In this document: positions 10,958 through 20,886 of the stretch, one piece after another | How positions within the stretch are numbered: position 1 is the stretch's first letter | Layout of the letters: the number at the start of each line of letters is the position of its first letter | IMG/VR virus record: IMGVR_UViG_3300046314_000298 | DNA: 64,000 nt | Origin: an uncultured virus (IMG/VR IMGVR_UViG_3300046314_000298) | Taxonomy: Duplodnaviria; Heunggongvirae; Uroviricota; Caudoviricetes | Reading direction: 5' to 3' (one strand) | Notes under the pieces: generated by a model | Seen by the model: the letters and a program-made list of their open reading frames with translations, nothing else | What the model was told of the DNA's origin: nothing | Database searches by the model: none | Made by a program: the position numbers and the translations under genes

Positions 10958-12504
10958 AACCAGTTCCTTTCGCCCAACTCAATGAGCAGTTTTGCAAGAT
11001 CTGACCTTATGTCAGGTTTAATAACAAACACCCTACTCGTATTGCCAAGAGTTTCTCTCAGCCAACGATCTTCTGCTGTAGGTACCCAGCTGTGAGACAC
11101 AAGGTCTGCAACAACTTGATCAACAGCTTCCAGGGCGTAGTTGGATACTTTGCCTGTAGACACACGACCGATAGGTTTGCTGAAAGGATACAACAGCTCA
11201 ATCTTATCGGAAAGTTCTTTAGGGATTCTGTCCTTAGAACTTTGTGGTGCCAATACGTATTCATCGTTGGAGTATCTTGGATAAGACGTAACCAACAAAG
11301 ATAAATACTTGTGTCCTCGTGCCCACAAGACACTTTGAAGAACACCAAGCAGTTGTATAATGATATCTCGATTCAAGTACGAGATACCTCTTGGTGAGAT
11401 CACAGGTTTCATGACCCATGATAACAACAGCACTTGCACATCAGTGACCTGATGCGGTTGTAACAATTGACAAGTCCTCTGTGCTGAATTAAAAATGTCT
11501 TCTGACATCAGGGACGTTAGTCGAGTAGCTACATACGGCAGATCTTCTACCGAGTATTCCAACTCTACCACCTCACCCAACGACAAGTTGGTTTTCATTC
11601 GGTAGCGCTCAAGCACAGTTCCTTTGTTCTCACGACCGATGTCGTCCAGTTTGTTCTTCTGGATTCTATTGGCATGATCCGCATCAGGACTGCGAATACG
11701 CTGCATCAAGAACTTGTACAAATATTTGACAATATCTTGTTTGGGGTCTTTTGGATTGTTACCAGAGATATCTCCGATACAGAGCTTCTTGACCACAGTC
11801 AAAGACAACAGCCACTGAGGATAGTCTTCAGTAGACAACACATTCATCAACTTCTCACTGTCGTCTTTTGACTGATTCATGAGGTTTGAAATATATGTTC
11901 TCAGCTTCTGTACTGCCAGAGAGTTGTTGATCTCTGAATACTTCAGCAGCATGTATGCATGGAACTCTTTGTAGTAGTTACCATACGACCTGCGTGTTGA
12001 AGAGATATACTCACCCCAGATAGGGATCATGGACCTCAGAGCTAAGGACAAAGCCACCAGCTCCAGATAGTCTGACCTTGTGTAAGTCTTTTCTCTTGTA
12101 GAGTTGTTATCCATGTTAGGTACATACTCAGGCAAGAATGTCTGAGGTACCATCACACCAGAACTAAAAGACAACCACATCTGTACTTCAGACAGCTTAT
12201 GGTAAGACAACAGCTCAGCTACTGCCTTAGAGAGATTTTCATTCATATCACCCACGGTGTAGGATGAATTAATGATCTCCCTTACATTCTCATACACCTG
12301 AAAGATCCCGTCTTGAACAGGATCGTCCAGTTGCGACCAATAAAAGTTCAGATAATGGAAGACGTCATTGCTGAGTCCGTCATCGTCACCTTCCTCGATC
12401 ATGGCACCTTTTCCAAATACGGATACTTGGAATTCTACCACTTTACCCTTGTGCTCAATAATAGCTTTTGGCGATTGTTGAGCTATGCTTGTAGTTATCC
12501 TCAT
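10954..12504 (-). CDS. nvRNAP sigma-like subunit (phiKZ gp68-like)
   Basis: 516 aa, helical; conserved position three genes after sbcD. Confidence 0.65.
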   Translation of the reverse strand: MRITTSIAQQSPKAIIEHKGKVVEFQVSVFGKGAMIEEGDDDGLSNDVFHYLNFYWSQLDDPVQDGIFQVYENVREIINSSYTVGDMNENLSKAVAELLSYHKLSEVQMWLSFSSGVMVPQTFLPEYVPNMDNNSTREKTYTRSDYLELVALSLALRSMIPIWGEYISSTRRSYGNYYKEFHAYMLLKYSEINNSLAVQKLRTYISNLMNQSKDDSEKLMNVLSTEDYPQWLLSLTVVKKLCIGDISGNNPKDPKQDIVKYLYKFLMQRIRSPDADHANRIQKNKLDDIGRENKGTVLERYRMKTNLSLGEVVELEYSVEDLPYVATRLTSLMSEDIFNSAQRTCQLLQPHQVTDVQVLLLSWVMKPVISPRGISYLNRDIIIQLLGVLQSVLWARGHKYLSLLVTSYPRYSNDEYVLAPQSSKDRIPKELSDKIELLYPFSKPIGRVSTGKVSNYALEAVDQVVADLVSHSWVPTAEDRWLRETLGNTSRVFVIKPDIRSDLAKLLIELGERNWL

Positions 12505-12603
12505 GTTGACACTTTCGTTAAAAGAATTTGAACCTAAGCTCAGATAAAGTAAATGTTACTTAAAACATCTAGACAGGCCCTTCGAAAGAGGGCCTGTCTA
12601 GTA

Positions 12604-13275
12604 TTAGAATGTCAAATCGTCAAAGTCCATGACTGGTTTAGCTGCTGCTTTTTGTTCGAAAGGTTTCTTAGCCTGGTAAGCACCAGGTGCATTCTTATCG
12701 TAAGGCGGTTTATACACATTCACGTTCTGTGTATAGATGTTACGCAAAGCACGAATAGTAGCTGCTGCGTGTAGGCACGAAGCCTCTGATTCTGAAAGCT
12801 GTGTACCATCTGACCGATATACCTTGTGGAAATCAGACAACCGGAACGTAAACTTCAGCCTTGGGCGAGTCTCACTCTCGACAGAGATCACAGACAACCA
12901 AGCCATACCTTGGTCATCCTTACCAAAGAAGAGTTTGGAGTTGGTGACCTTTGGTGCGTCCGGTGTCCGATCAGCTGGATTATCCGATCTTGGATAGGAT
13001 AGCATGTCGATAGACATCTTCTTGTTGTTTTCCCCTTTGACGATTTCTTCAAAGAGATCTAGGAACAAGAAGAACGTCTCAGGATTCATAGGGGCTGTGA
13101 TAGCCCCGCGTCCATCTTTATCACCAGGATCATTGGTCCAAATCGTGATCCTTGGGTTGCCATCACGAATAGCCCAAACCAACCTACTCCTTCGAGTAGC
13201 GTTGTTTGGATTGGGTGTAAACATCATGAACTTTGAGAGTTCATTAATTTTTGGTGGTTCTGATACGGTTGTCAT
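12604..13275 (-). CDS. chmC: Probable nucleus-associated RNA-binding protein ChmC (phiKZ gp67 position)
   Basis: 223 aa, beta-rich with acidic tail DFDDLTF; directly upstream of the gp68-like gene; synteny only. Confidence 0.5.
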   Translation of the reverse strand: MTTVSEPPKINELSKFMMFTPNPNNATRRSRLVWAIRDGNPRITIWTNDPGDKDGRGAITAPMNPETFFLFLDLFEEIVKGENNKKMSIDMLSYPRSDNPADRTPDAPKVTNSKLFFGKDDQGMAWLSVISVESETRPRLKFTFRLSDFHKVYRSDGTQLSESEASCLHAAATIRALRNIYTQNVNVYKPPYDKNAPGAYQAKKPFEQKAAAKPVMDFDDLTF

Positions 13276-13326
13276 TGTGTTCCTAGTGGGTGGAGTTCAT
13301 CATACATTATATACGAAAAATAATTT

Positions 13327-14184
13327 TTAGAGTTGAGCTAACATCCTAGCTACCATGGGTTCTGGAATGTCAGTGGATAAATCCATAACTACTTTGGCTT
13401 TGGTCGTCATGGAAGTCCAACCTCTTTTAATAGATACATCGTAGACTTGTTGACGTATCTTAATAAGAGCAGGTTGAAACAGCACGCGATCACCAAACAC
13501 CATCAGAAGTTTACTCAGGAAAGGAAGATGTTTCATATCTCTTTCCCCAAGTGGGTAATACTTAGAATTCCATTCATATCTGGGTTTGAGTTTACCAGTA
13601 TGACTTTCAAGTAAATCCAATCGACTGAGTTTCTCGTGTGAGAGCAGATCCCAAGGTACGTGGGATAAAATCAAAGCCCTCGTGCTATGAGGAGCTTTGA
13701 TATAATCTTTGAACTTTTGAACATCTGGGCTGTCTTTGAATTTACCAAGCGTCTTTACAAGGATAGCTTTTTCATGTTTCTGAATGTCTGTTTTATCAGC
13801 TCTCAGTTCCACGATAGCTGACTTGGCTTTGGAAACAGCCTTGTCATACTCCATGATGTAAAAGACAGGAGTGGCAGTACCACCGCCTTCTACTTTAAAT
13901 AAACTTTGGATAAGTTCGATTTCTTGCTGGATAACTTCGGCAAAATCATCAGCCGTGGCTTGTAACTTAACTTCTTTATCTACAGACCCAAGTATGTTTC
14001 TGTAGAGTGTTGAAAGATTGACAAAACAGGAGTTGTAATTACTCAGTATGACCTGATTGGGTATTTCTCTTTCAGGATCATAAGGAGTCTGTCTTCCTGC
14101 AAAGACAGACTCAAAAGCCAGAGACGTACCTATGCTTAGTGGAAAAGCACTGATGTCTCTGTTAAATAAAGGGTTCATAGTCAC
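13327..14184 (-). CDS. Conserved core protein (phiKZ gp66-like)
   Basis: SIGTSLAFE, NLSTLYRN, LLESHTG motifs; overlaps the sbcD stop. Confidence 0.7.
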   Translation of the reverse strand: MTMNPLFNRDISAFPLSIGTSLAFESVFAGRQTPYDPEREIPNQVILSNYNSCFVNLSTLYRNILGSVDKEVKLQATADDFAEVIQQEIELIQSLFKVEGGGTATPVFYIMEYDKAVSKAKSAIVELRADKTDIQKHEKAILVKTLGKFKDSPDVQKFKDYIKAPHSTRALILSHVPWDLLSHEKLSRLDLLESHTGKLKPRYEWNSKYYPLGERDMKHLPFLSKLLMVFGDRVLFQPALIKIRQQVYDVSIKRGWTSMTTKAKVVMDLSTDIPEPMVARMLAQL

Positions 14185-15332
14185 CTCATGTTGGTAAGTG
14201 TGTTGGTCATGATTGTGTTAAATATGGTCTGTTGAGCGGTGTTAAGACTATGCTTTTTTTGGATCTCGTCAAATAACAAAGTTGTTATGTTAGATCTTTC
14301 TATTTGCACAGAGCTGTACTCCATCCCCAATAAGTCATTGATATACTCATTATGAACAGCTTCTTCTTCATCCTCTAAGCTTTTTTTACTTAGGTGATAG
14401 AGAGGATACCTGAGTTTCAATTCCTCAAAGGCTTGATAAACACCGTGATCTTTACGGGCCTTAATTCTAATATATGAGTTTATAGGAATCTTTAAGAGCT
14501 GTTTGTCTATGGATTCTAAACATCTATCCACATCAGCTAACTTAAGAGTGATTGTTTTGAAGATCTTGGCTTTTTTATTCTCTAGAAAGAAGAACTTATT
14601 ACCATCATCAGGATCCAATATCATCAACATAGCACCCTTGGGTTCTTCTTCCCCGTGAGTAAGTCTATCAAAAGAACCTTGAGCTAAGATTCTTTCGTAT
14701 GTCGAGTGGGTGTGGATATGTCCTATATTGATAAAGTACTTGACTAACTCAAGATAAGATAACTCATCATGTTTACTGGTGGTCTTACCCACACCAGGTA
14801 ACTGATAGTTAAACAAACCATGCATGATAGCTATATCCACAGTTTTCAACTGCATCTCAGCCATCAAAGTCTTTACCTGATCTAAAGTTTCTTGTGTTGT
14901 GGCAGCCCATTCATCAGGCACATAAAGAACGTGTATGTCATGTTTCTCCATGTACTCTATAGAAAGAATGTCTATGTATTTGAAATCACCAGGTGTCTGC
15001 GATATCTTCCAAACAGTTTCTGCTTGAGACGATTGATTCCAATCATGACTGGGCGTACCTTTCAGGATCCTCAGTGAGATGTTCTCTCTAGAGCAAAATC
15101 TAGATAGTCTATCCAACCACAGTTTGATAAGGTGCGTATTCTCATCATCCATGTCTAGTAATCTGTCAAACAAATCACCAGCTATGAAGATGATATCTAG
15201 TTTACAATGATCGCTTTTAGGGCTATAGTCTTCAAAGAAAGTATCTAGATTTGCAATAATTTCCTCTGTTGGGTTATTCTTACTACCCAGATGTACATCA
15301 CTGAGAACTAAATACCTTAAACGTTCAGTCAT
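14181..15332 (-). CDS. sbcD: SbcD/Mre11-like metallophosphoesterase nuclease
   Basis: SDVHLG, AGDLFD, GTPSHD, MHG, GHIH motifs. Confidence 0.88.
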   Translation of the reverse strand: MTERLRYLVLSDVHLGSKNNPTEEIIANLDTFFEDYSPKSDHCKLDIIFIAGDLFDRLLDMDDENTHLIKLWLDRLSRFCSRENISLRILKGTPSHDWNQSSQAETVWKISQTPGDFKYIDILSIEYMEKHDIHVLYVPDEWAATTQETLDQVKTLMAEMQLKTVDIAIMHGLFNYQLPGVGKTTSKHDELSYLELVKYFINIGHIHTHSTYERILAQGSFDRLTHGEEEPKGAMLMILDPDDGNKFFFLENKKAKIFKTITLKLADVDRCLESIDKQLLKIPINSYIRIKARKDHGVYQAFEELKLRYPLYHLSKKSLEDEEEAVHNEYINDLLGMEYSSVQIERSNITTLLFDEIQKKHSLNTAQQTIFNTIMTNTLTNMR

Positions 15333-15852
15333 AGATCAGATCGTCTTTGTCATCATTATTAGTTACAGATCCTGAGTTTTCAGTCTTTGAACCTAAGTTA
15401 TACCTAGTAAGGATGCCTTCCCAATCTTTTTGCGCCTGGGTTAAAGGCACTTCGGTATAACCATCAGACTTATGCTCAAGAGCTTTAGCTAAAAAGTTAT
15501 TGGCTACTTGAGGTAGGTTGTTGTTATACAGCTCATACTGACTGAAGATCTCCCGCATGGTTTTACCTTGCAGCATAGTCACCATGCCTGTGTCATAAAG
15601 AGCAGGCACTCTGAACAATACTTCGTTGTTATTACCGATGACATCTACAGGTGCCATGGGGTTACCAGCCACACTTACCCATTCGGCAAAGACAGGTTGC
15701 GAAACAGTCGGAGTTTTCTCACCGGAGAAATAAGGTAGGAAGTACTGTGAGAAGATCTTCTCTGGTAGTTTAGCGACAGGGGTTTCACTAACCAAAGTTT
15801 TATAGCTTTGATCTATGTTGTTCTGCAATTCTTGTTTAACGTCTTTATCCAT
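15325..15852 (-). CDS. Core-block hypothetical protein
   Basis: 175 aa ORF coupled to sbcD. Confidence 0.7.
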   Translation of the reverse strand: MDKDVKQELQNNIDQSYKTLVSETPVAKLPEKIFSQYFLPYFSGEKTPTVSQPVFAEWVSVAGNPMAPVDVIGNNNEVLFRVPALYDTGMVTMLQGKTMREIFSQYELYNNNLPQVANNFLAKALEHKSDGYTEVPLTQAQKDWEGILTRYNLGSKTENSGSVTNNDDKDDLIYD

Positions 15853-15856
15853 GTTG

Positions 15857-16264
15857 TCACCCGTTATTGATAGATATGATTTTGCTGATGGTTGTGTTGG
15901 TATACTCTACCATTTTACCTAAGGTATAAGTAGTACCTACTGTGTCTGTAAAGTTAATAAATAAACTTAAACTAACAGAACTGGAACCTGTTGCTGTAAG
16001 ACTGTCATCTACTTCCACAACAACATTTTCAAAAAACTTACTGAAGTATTTAGCCAAAACAGATTCTAAAGACCTGATTGTAGCGGGTATGTCACCTTGG
16101 TTGGTATGGAGTATGTAAGAAAAAGAAGTTACACCTTCTGGAAAAGTGTAAGATTGACTGTGGTCAGAAGCAAAGAAATGTGAAAACAAATAGTCTGCTG
16201 TTTTCAAACTGCCTGTGACCCAGCCGTCTGTGCTCAGACTAGGCATAGTGGCTGAAGAACTCAT
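15857..16264 (-). CDS. Core-block hypothetical protein
   Basis: 135 aa ORF with GAGG RBS. Confidence 0.7.
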   Translation of the reverse strand: MSSSATMPSLSTDGWVTGSLKTADYLFSHFFASDHSQSYTFPEGVTSFSYILHTNQGDIPATIRSLESVLAKYFSKFFENVVVEVDDSLTATGSSSVSLSLFINFTDTVGTTYTLGKMVEYTNTTISKIISINNG

Positions 16265-16352
16265 ACGGGCCTCTTAAAGGTAAAAGATCATACCATACTA
16301 CCAGCCGGTGAAAAAAGAAATACCCAGCTTTGGCCGGGTATTTCTTTATGTA

Positions 16353-16976
16353 TCACTCACCAAAGATATCGGTAGGGTCACGACCCTCAGCCAAGATCTG
16401 TTGGATCTTATCCCATGTCAACAATATATCGTGACGTTCTTCTGTTGAAAGATCTTGATGACCTTCAAATAGTTCATCACAATACTGTTTAGCCACCCAC
16501 TCATACTTACCATCCACTTCAATGTCCTGGACCACACCATCCATCACCCTGCGGTAATAGTAGTGCTGATCATTACTTTGCTTAGGATCGATATCGATAT
16601 AAGTGTCGCTGTAGCCATTGACGAGTTGTCTATGGTACATGTTTCGAAGGTCCGGCTGTGCCATGATGTAGTTTTGCATCATGGGTGTAGCGCTTCTCAT
16701 ACCTTCGATGTCATCTATCTGGATAATGACGTTAGGTTGATATAACCCACCGGCATGTCTGATAGCAGCTTTAGCTATCCTGATAGCTGTGTTATCATGG
16801 ATTCTTGCATACAACTCTTTAGCACCTTGCATAAATCTTTGACCAGTTTCAGTCAGCGCATTACTGAACGACTGCATTTGGTTTTGGAAATACTGCAAAG
16901 TGCTTGGAGATTGATTTGGGAATGCAAGGTAATCAAAAGCCAAAGGTGAAGCTTCGATCACATTGATTTGATACAT
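16353..16976 (-). CDS. Core-block hypothetical protein
   Basis: ATG overlaps the stop of beta-prime exon 3 (TAATG); terminator at 16314-16347. Confidence 0.75.
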   Translation of the reverse strand: MYQINVIEASPLAFDYLAFPNQSPSTLQYFQNQMQSFSNALTETGQRFMQGAKELYARIHDNTAIRIAKAAIRHAGGLYQPNVIIQIDDIEGMRSATPMMQNYIMAQPDLRNMYHRQLVNGYSDTYIDIDPKQSNDQHYYYRRVMDGVVQDIEVDGKYEWVAKQYCDELFEGHQDLSTEERHDILLTWDKIQQILAEGRDPTDIFGE

Positions 16977-19900
16977 TAACTCTCCAACCAAGATGAGATT
17001 GTTGCAATATTAGGCTTTGGGATACTTACGTTACCTGAAACCTGGAACGGCTTAGTCATCTGAAATATGTTAAACTCTGGTGAGAGAGGATACCACATAT
17101 TAGACATCTTTTCGTCAAGTGAGATAGAGACATTGAGAGCGTCCATAACTACCTCACTCTAGCTTTAACTAAGTTCGCTAAACTTATTGATCTTGCTTAA
17201 GGATCCTGATACTTTCATATCAGATTAGACTATATCTTCATCTTTCGATGCTCTTCGTTTCCACTCGCTTGAGTGTACTCCCATGTGGGATAGTCGTTGA
17301 CCACACTCCATGTAAGTATATATGTCTATACTTAGTTAGGAGCTTCGGTGCGGATTGCCCAATCCTTGTATCTTTTACCATACCCAGATAGTTACTCTGG
17401 CCACTGCATATATTTCTATCGCAGTTTGGTGCACAAGGCTCTAAGGAGTTTCCCGCAATTAGAAGAGTTTAAACGACGGCAACACTCTACCGTCAAAATC
17501 AGCATTTGGCTTATTGTCCAGTAAAGTCGCTCAGCTTCACAGCTTACCCTCTTTACCCGGTGCGCTTACACACCCACCTGTACTTTCATACAGGAACAGA
17601 TCATATCTTCATCCTTATTAAAGGATGCTCTCCGCTTCTTCCCTGCTTAGGGCTTTACTCGGTCGCAACTCCGATGATCGTTGAACTTTACGCATGGTTG
17701 ATAAGAATCAACTTTAGCGTCTTAGCTGCTGATTACCCAATTCTTATATTTTTCAAACTATCACGCTCATCGTTTCCGATCACGTTGTAGTATATAAGAC
17801 TCTAAAGGACTTCCCAGCAATTCAAAGAGATAACTTAGTCAATTACTCAACTAAGTGCCTTATCTCATCATTATTAAAATACAATGTCAATCGCCACACA
17901 CCGCCTATCAATGCTTTTCTTCTAGCTATTGTAGGGATATATTGTCTAGCATACCCAAATTGCTGACTAATATCTATAGGACTTGTTATAATCCTAGTTT
18001 CGCCAGTTTCAACGTTTTCGATAAAATATCCGTTACCCCTAAAAGATCTTTTATCGAGACATAATTGTTTAAAGTACCTCAGCTCCTTATCGGTAAGATC
18101 TTTAAACTGTCCGTTGAAACTAAATTGCCAACCTTTAATCGGAATGTTCTTTAATCTTTTATTTTTAATAGATAGTTGAACACCCCATGAAACACCAGTT
18201 ATTTTCTCACAAGCTGCCAGCGATTCAAATTTACGTTCTTTGCGTGTGAATATATTTCTAGCAGTAACTGGTATTTTTATTTGTAAATCTTCTAAGGATG
18301 GTTTTTCCTGAGGCCATGGTCTTGCATCTAATTTTCGTTTGAAACATAATCCGTCTGAATAGATTTTAATATCGGAAGATCTAAGTCTGACGGACACGGT
18401 TAGTTCAGAATATCCAAGTTTCAGAGAGCAATCCCTAGCACTTTTATATTCAGTCACCTCATCCGTGATTATGTTTTTAACAAGTATTGCTGAACCATAC
18501 CTGAATTGATCGTACTCATTTTCTAAATTTTCATAATTTTTCCATTCTTTTAATTCAGATAGCCATTGAAACTGCATGTAATTTTCCCAAAGTTTACAAC
18601 CGGGTTTTGTTTTTAACCGATGGTAAAGTAAATCATTACTCAAGCCTAATGCAATTGCGCATTGCGTCGGGTTATCATAAATAGTGATTTCATTGGTTTT
18701 AACATTTCTAGTTATGACGTCTATGGTATACTTTTTCTCATTTTCAAGAATTCTATTTACTTTTTCATCAGATCTATCACAATTCGAATAAATGACATTT
18801 CCTCTAGGTGTCACCCATTCTAAATTATCTAAGGTGTCAAAGCCAGGTATCTCATTTTTATGATTTACGTACAGCGATTCAACGTTTCTAGGATAATCTA
18901 GCCATGCTAAGCACATAGCTCTGTGTCTGAAAAATTTGTAAGATGTATTCTCATTAAGGGAAACATCAGGAATACCTGAATAGGAATGGTAACCATCTCT
19001 ATCACAAAAAGCTTTTTTATCCACACCAGTTATCAAATTTCTAACTTTTCCTTCCTTTGTTATACCATATCTTGTAAAACCAGGAATATAAGCATGATCT
19101 TTGTGTACTGGATGTGATAAACCAACTGGAAATTTCCAAATCAAGTTGCTAGGATGAGAGTTATTAAAATCACCGTCCTCGAACATCAAGTGTAATAAAT
19201 GCACTTGACTTTCATGAACGTGAACGGGCTTAAAAGCCGAAGCTATGATAAACTCTATTGGATATAGACCAGGACCTCTTATCCAATCTAAGAAAATCAA
19301 AGTGCTTCCTGTTTCAGTTGAGATACACTCAATCTGAATGTTCTCTCGCGATATGACATCACCTTCTGAGTTAACAGAATAACGACCGTCAGACCAGGGT
19401 AGCGAAAGATAGTTTTGGGTTTGTAAATATTTACTAAGCATATATCCTTTCTATATAGAAAGGTATGCTAAACGGCGATTGACAATAATGATAAGAATTA
19501 AGCGCGCACTGTTAAAATGTGCATTCCAATAGTGAGGTCATTTGGGTTCTTTTTGAACTTAGTAATCTTCACTCGTTGAGCCGACCCCTGCAAAAGGCTC
19601 GGATTTCTTTGGAGACATACATACAAACCTTTATCAGGCGCTTCGTCTATCAGCTCCTGCATAAACCTTTCTAACAAGGGGTGGTGTTTGTTAGTATGTT
19701 TGTATAGGAAACCAATAGAGTCATTCAGACCCATGCCGTAACGCCGCAGCTTATTCAACATGTGGATACGGTAAGCTGTGGTGGCCATACACCAAGGAGC
19801 TTCTATTTCATCATACTCTTTACCCGCTGTAATAGAGATGATAACTGCTCGGAATGAGAAGTTGGTTCTGGCTCCGAACATGTGTTTCCTGAAGTGACCG

Positions 19901-20742
19901 TGCTTATGAGCCATCAACAACAGGGTGTCGTTGTAGAAATCACAAAGCATGATCAAGGACTTAACTGTTCGGTTTTGCTTGGTCTTACTTGTCTGATCGT
20001 AAAAGTCTCTGTCAATAGACACCATCGTGTTGACAGCATTCACAGCCTTCATAATGGAAGGATCTGTGTATGTGCCTAGCGGTTGTGTATCAAAGATCAG
20101 GACTATCTTGTTCGGCAAAGGCAGATACTCACTGAAAATTATCTTACGATAGTCTTTTAGCAAGGATTGAAGATAGTCTATCCTCTCACTCTTAAGCTCG
20201 AACTTCTGAGTCTTAGGTGCAAACTCAGTCATGGAGAAGAGAGTATCCATGATGTAATCGAAATTAGTCACAAAGTAATTGTAACCGCGCTCGATATTGC
20301 ACGTCATCAGTTTGGTCAGCACTTTGTCAGGTGTTTTAGCTGCTGTCGTATAGCTTGTGTTACAAAGCCATTCGATCACAGAGAACCCTGATTTGGTAAA
20401 CCTCTTGATGAGCATCATGAAAACCACAGGAGAAATAAGCTTCTCTACCCCTACTGGTTGTTTGAGCCAGATGACTGGTTCGATATCTGACACAACTGAA
20501 GCTTTAACTTCAGTGTGACAGACTGGACAGATAGTACTCTTAGAATATTCACCTTTGGTATGTCCACATTGACAACTGGGAATCAGACTGATCTGATCAC
20601 TAGAGAGATGTGTGGTAAGTTTCTCTTTGACAGCCTCACGTTCTTCAAGCGTAGAACACGCCATGTGGTTGATGAGGGTGGGGGTATGACGTAATGTATA
20701 AAACATCTCGTCGTAGTTAACCAGTTCTTGGATAACAGGCAT
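16976..20742 (-). CDS. nvRNAP beta-prime N-terminal/catalytic subunit (phiKZ gp55-56.1-like), spliced: join(20742..19501, 17509..17489, 17143..16976), 476 aa
   Basis: CQCG...CPVC zinc finger, GARTNFSFRAVI, QRNPSL; splicing gives ILTVRA-PNADFDG-DALNVSIS with an intact NADFDGD motif. Confidence 0.92.
17144..17488 (-). ncRNA. ORF-less group I intron (345 nt), second intron of nvRNAP beta-prime
   Basis: P1 GACGGU/GCCGUC with U-G at the splice site; terminal G at 17144; core AAUUGCGGGAAA, GGCAAUCCGCAC, UCAACGACUA, GAAGAUAUAGUCU. Confidence 0.92.
17510..19500 (-). mobile_element. Group I intron (1991 nt) with homing endonuclease, first intron of nvRNAP beta-prime
   Basis: Exon ends in U (GCU); terminal G at 17510; core AAUUGCUGGGAA, GUAAUCAGCAGC, UUCAACGAUCA, GAAGAUAUGAUCU in 17590-17825. 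Confidence 0.88.
17843..19441 (-). CDS. Intron-encoded HNH homing endonuclease with repeated NUMOD-like DNA-binding modules
   Basis: RHRAMCLAW...VNHKNEIPGFDTLDNLEWVT; repeated modules of the type NxxTxExxxYxSxxxCAxxLG. Confidence 0.85.
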   Translation of the reverse strand: MLSKYLQTQNYLSLPWSDGRYSVNSEGDVISRENIQIECISTETGSTLIFLDWIRGPGLYPIEFIIASAFKPVHVHESQVHLLHLMFEDGDFNNSHPSNLIWKFPVGLSHPVHKDHAYIPGFTRYGITKEGKVRNLITGVDKKAFCDRDGYHSYSGIPDVSLNENTSYKFFRHRAMCLAWLDYPRNVESLYVNHKNEIPGFDTLDNLEWVTPRGNVIYSNCDRSDEKVNRILENEKKYTIDVITRNVKTNEITIYDNPTQCAIALGLSNDLLYHRLKTKPGCKLWENYMQFQWLSELKEWKNYENLENEYDQFRYGSAILVKNIITDEVTEYKSARDCSLKLGYSELTVSVRLRSSDIKIYSDGLCFKRKLDARPWPQEKPSLEDLQIKIPVTARNIFTRKERKFESLAACEKITGVSWGVQLSIKNKRLKNIPIKGWQFSFNGQFKDLTDKELRYFKQLCLDKRSFRGNGYFIENVETGETRIITSPIDISQQFGYARQYIPTIARRKALIGGVWRLTLYFNNDEIRHLVE

Positions 20743-20886
20743 GAGTTTCCTTTATGGTTGGTTGATGATACATTCAGACAGCGGTCACATAAAGTATATG
20801 GTATTAGTAAAATTAACAAACAGGACAAAAAAAGATACACCAGCCGAAGCTGGTGTATCTTTATGTCAGATCCGTATCTCTACAGA

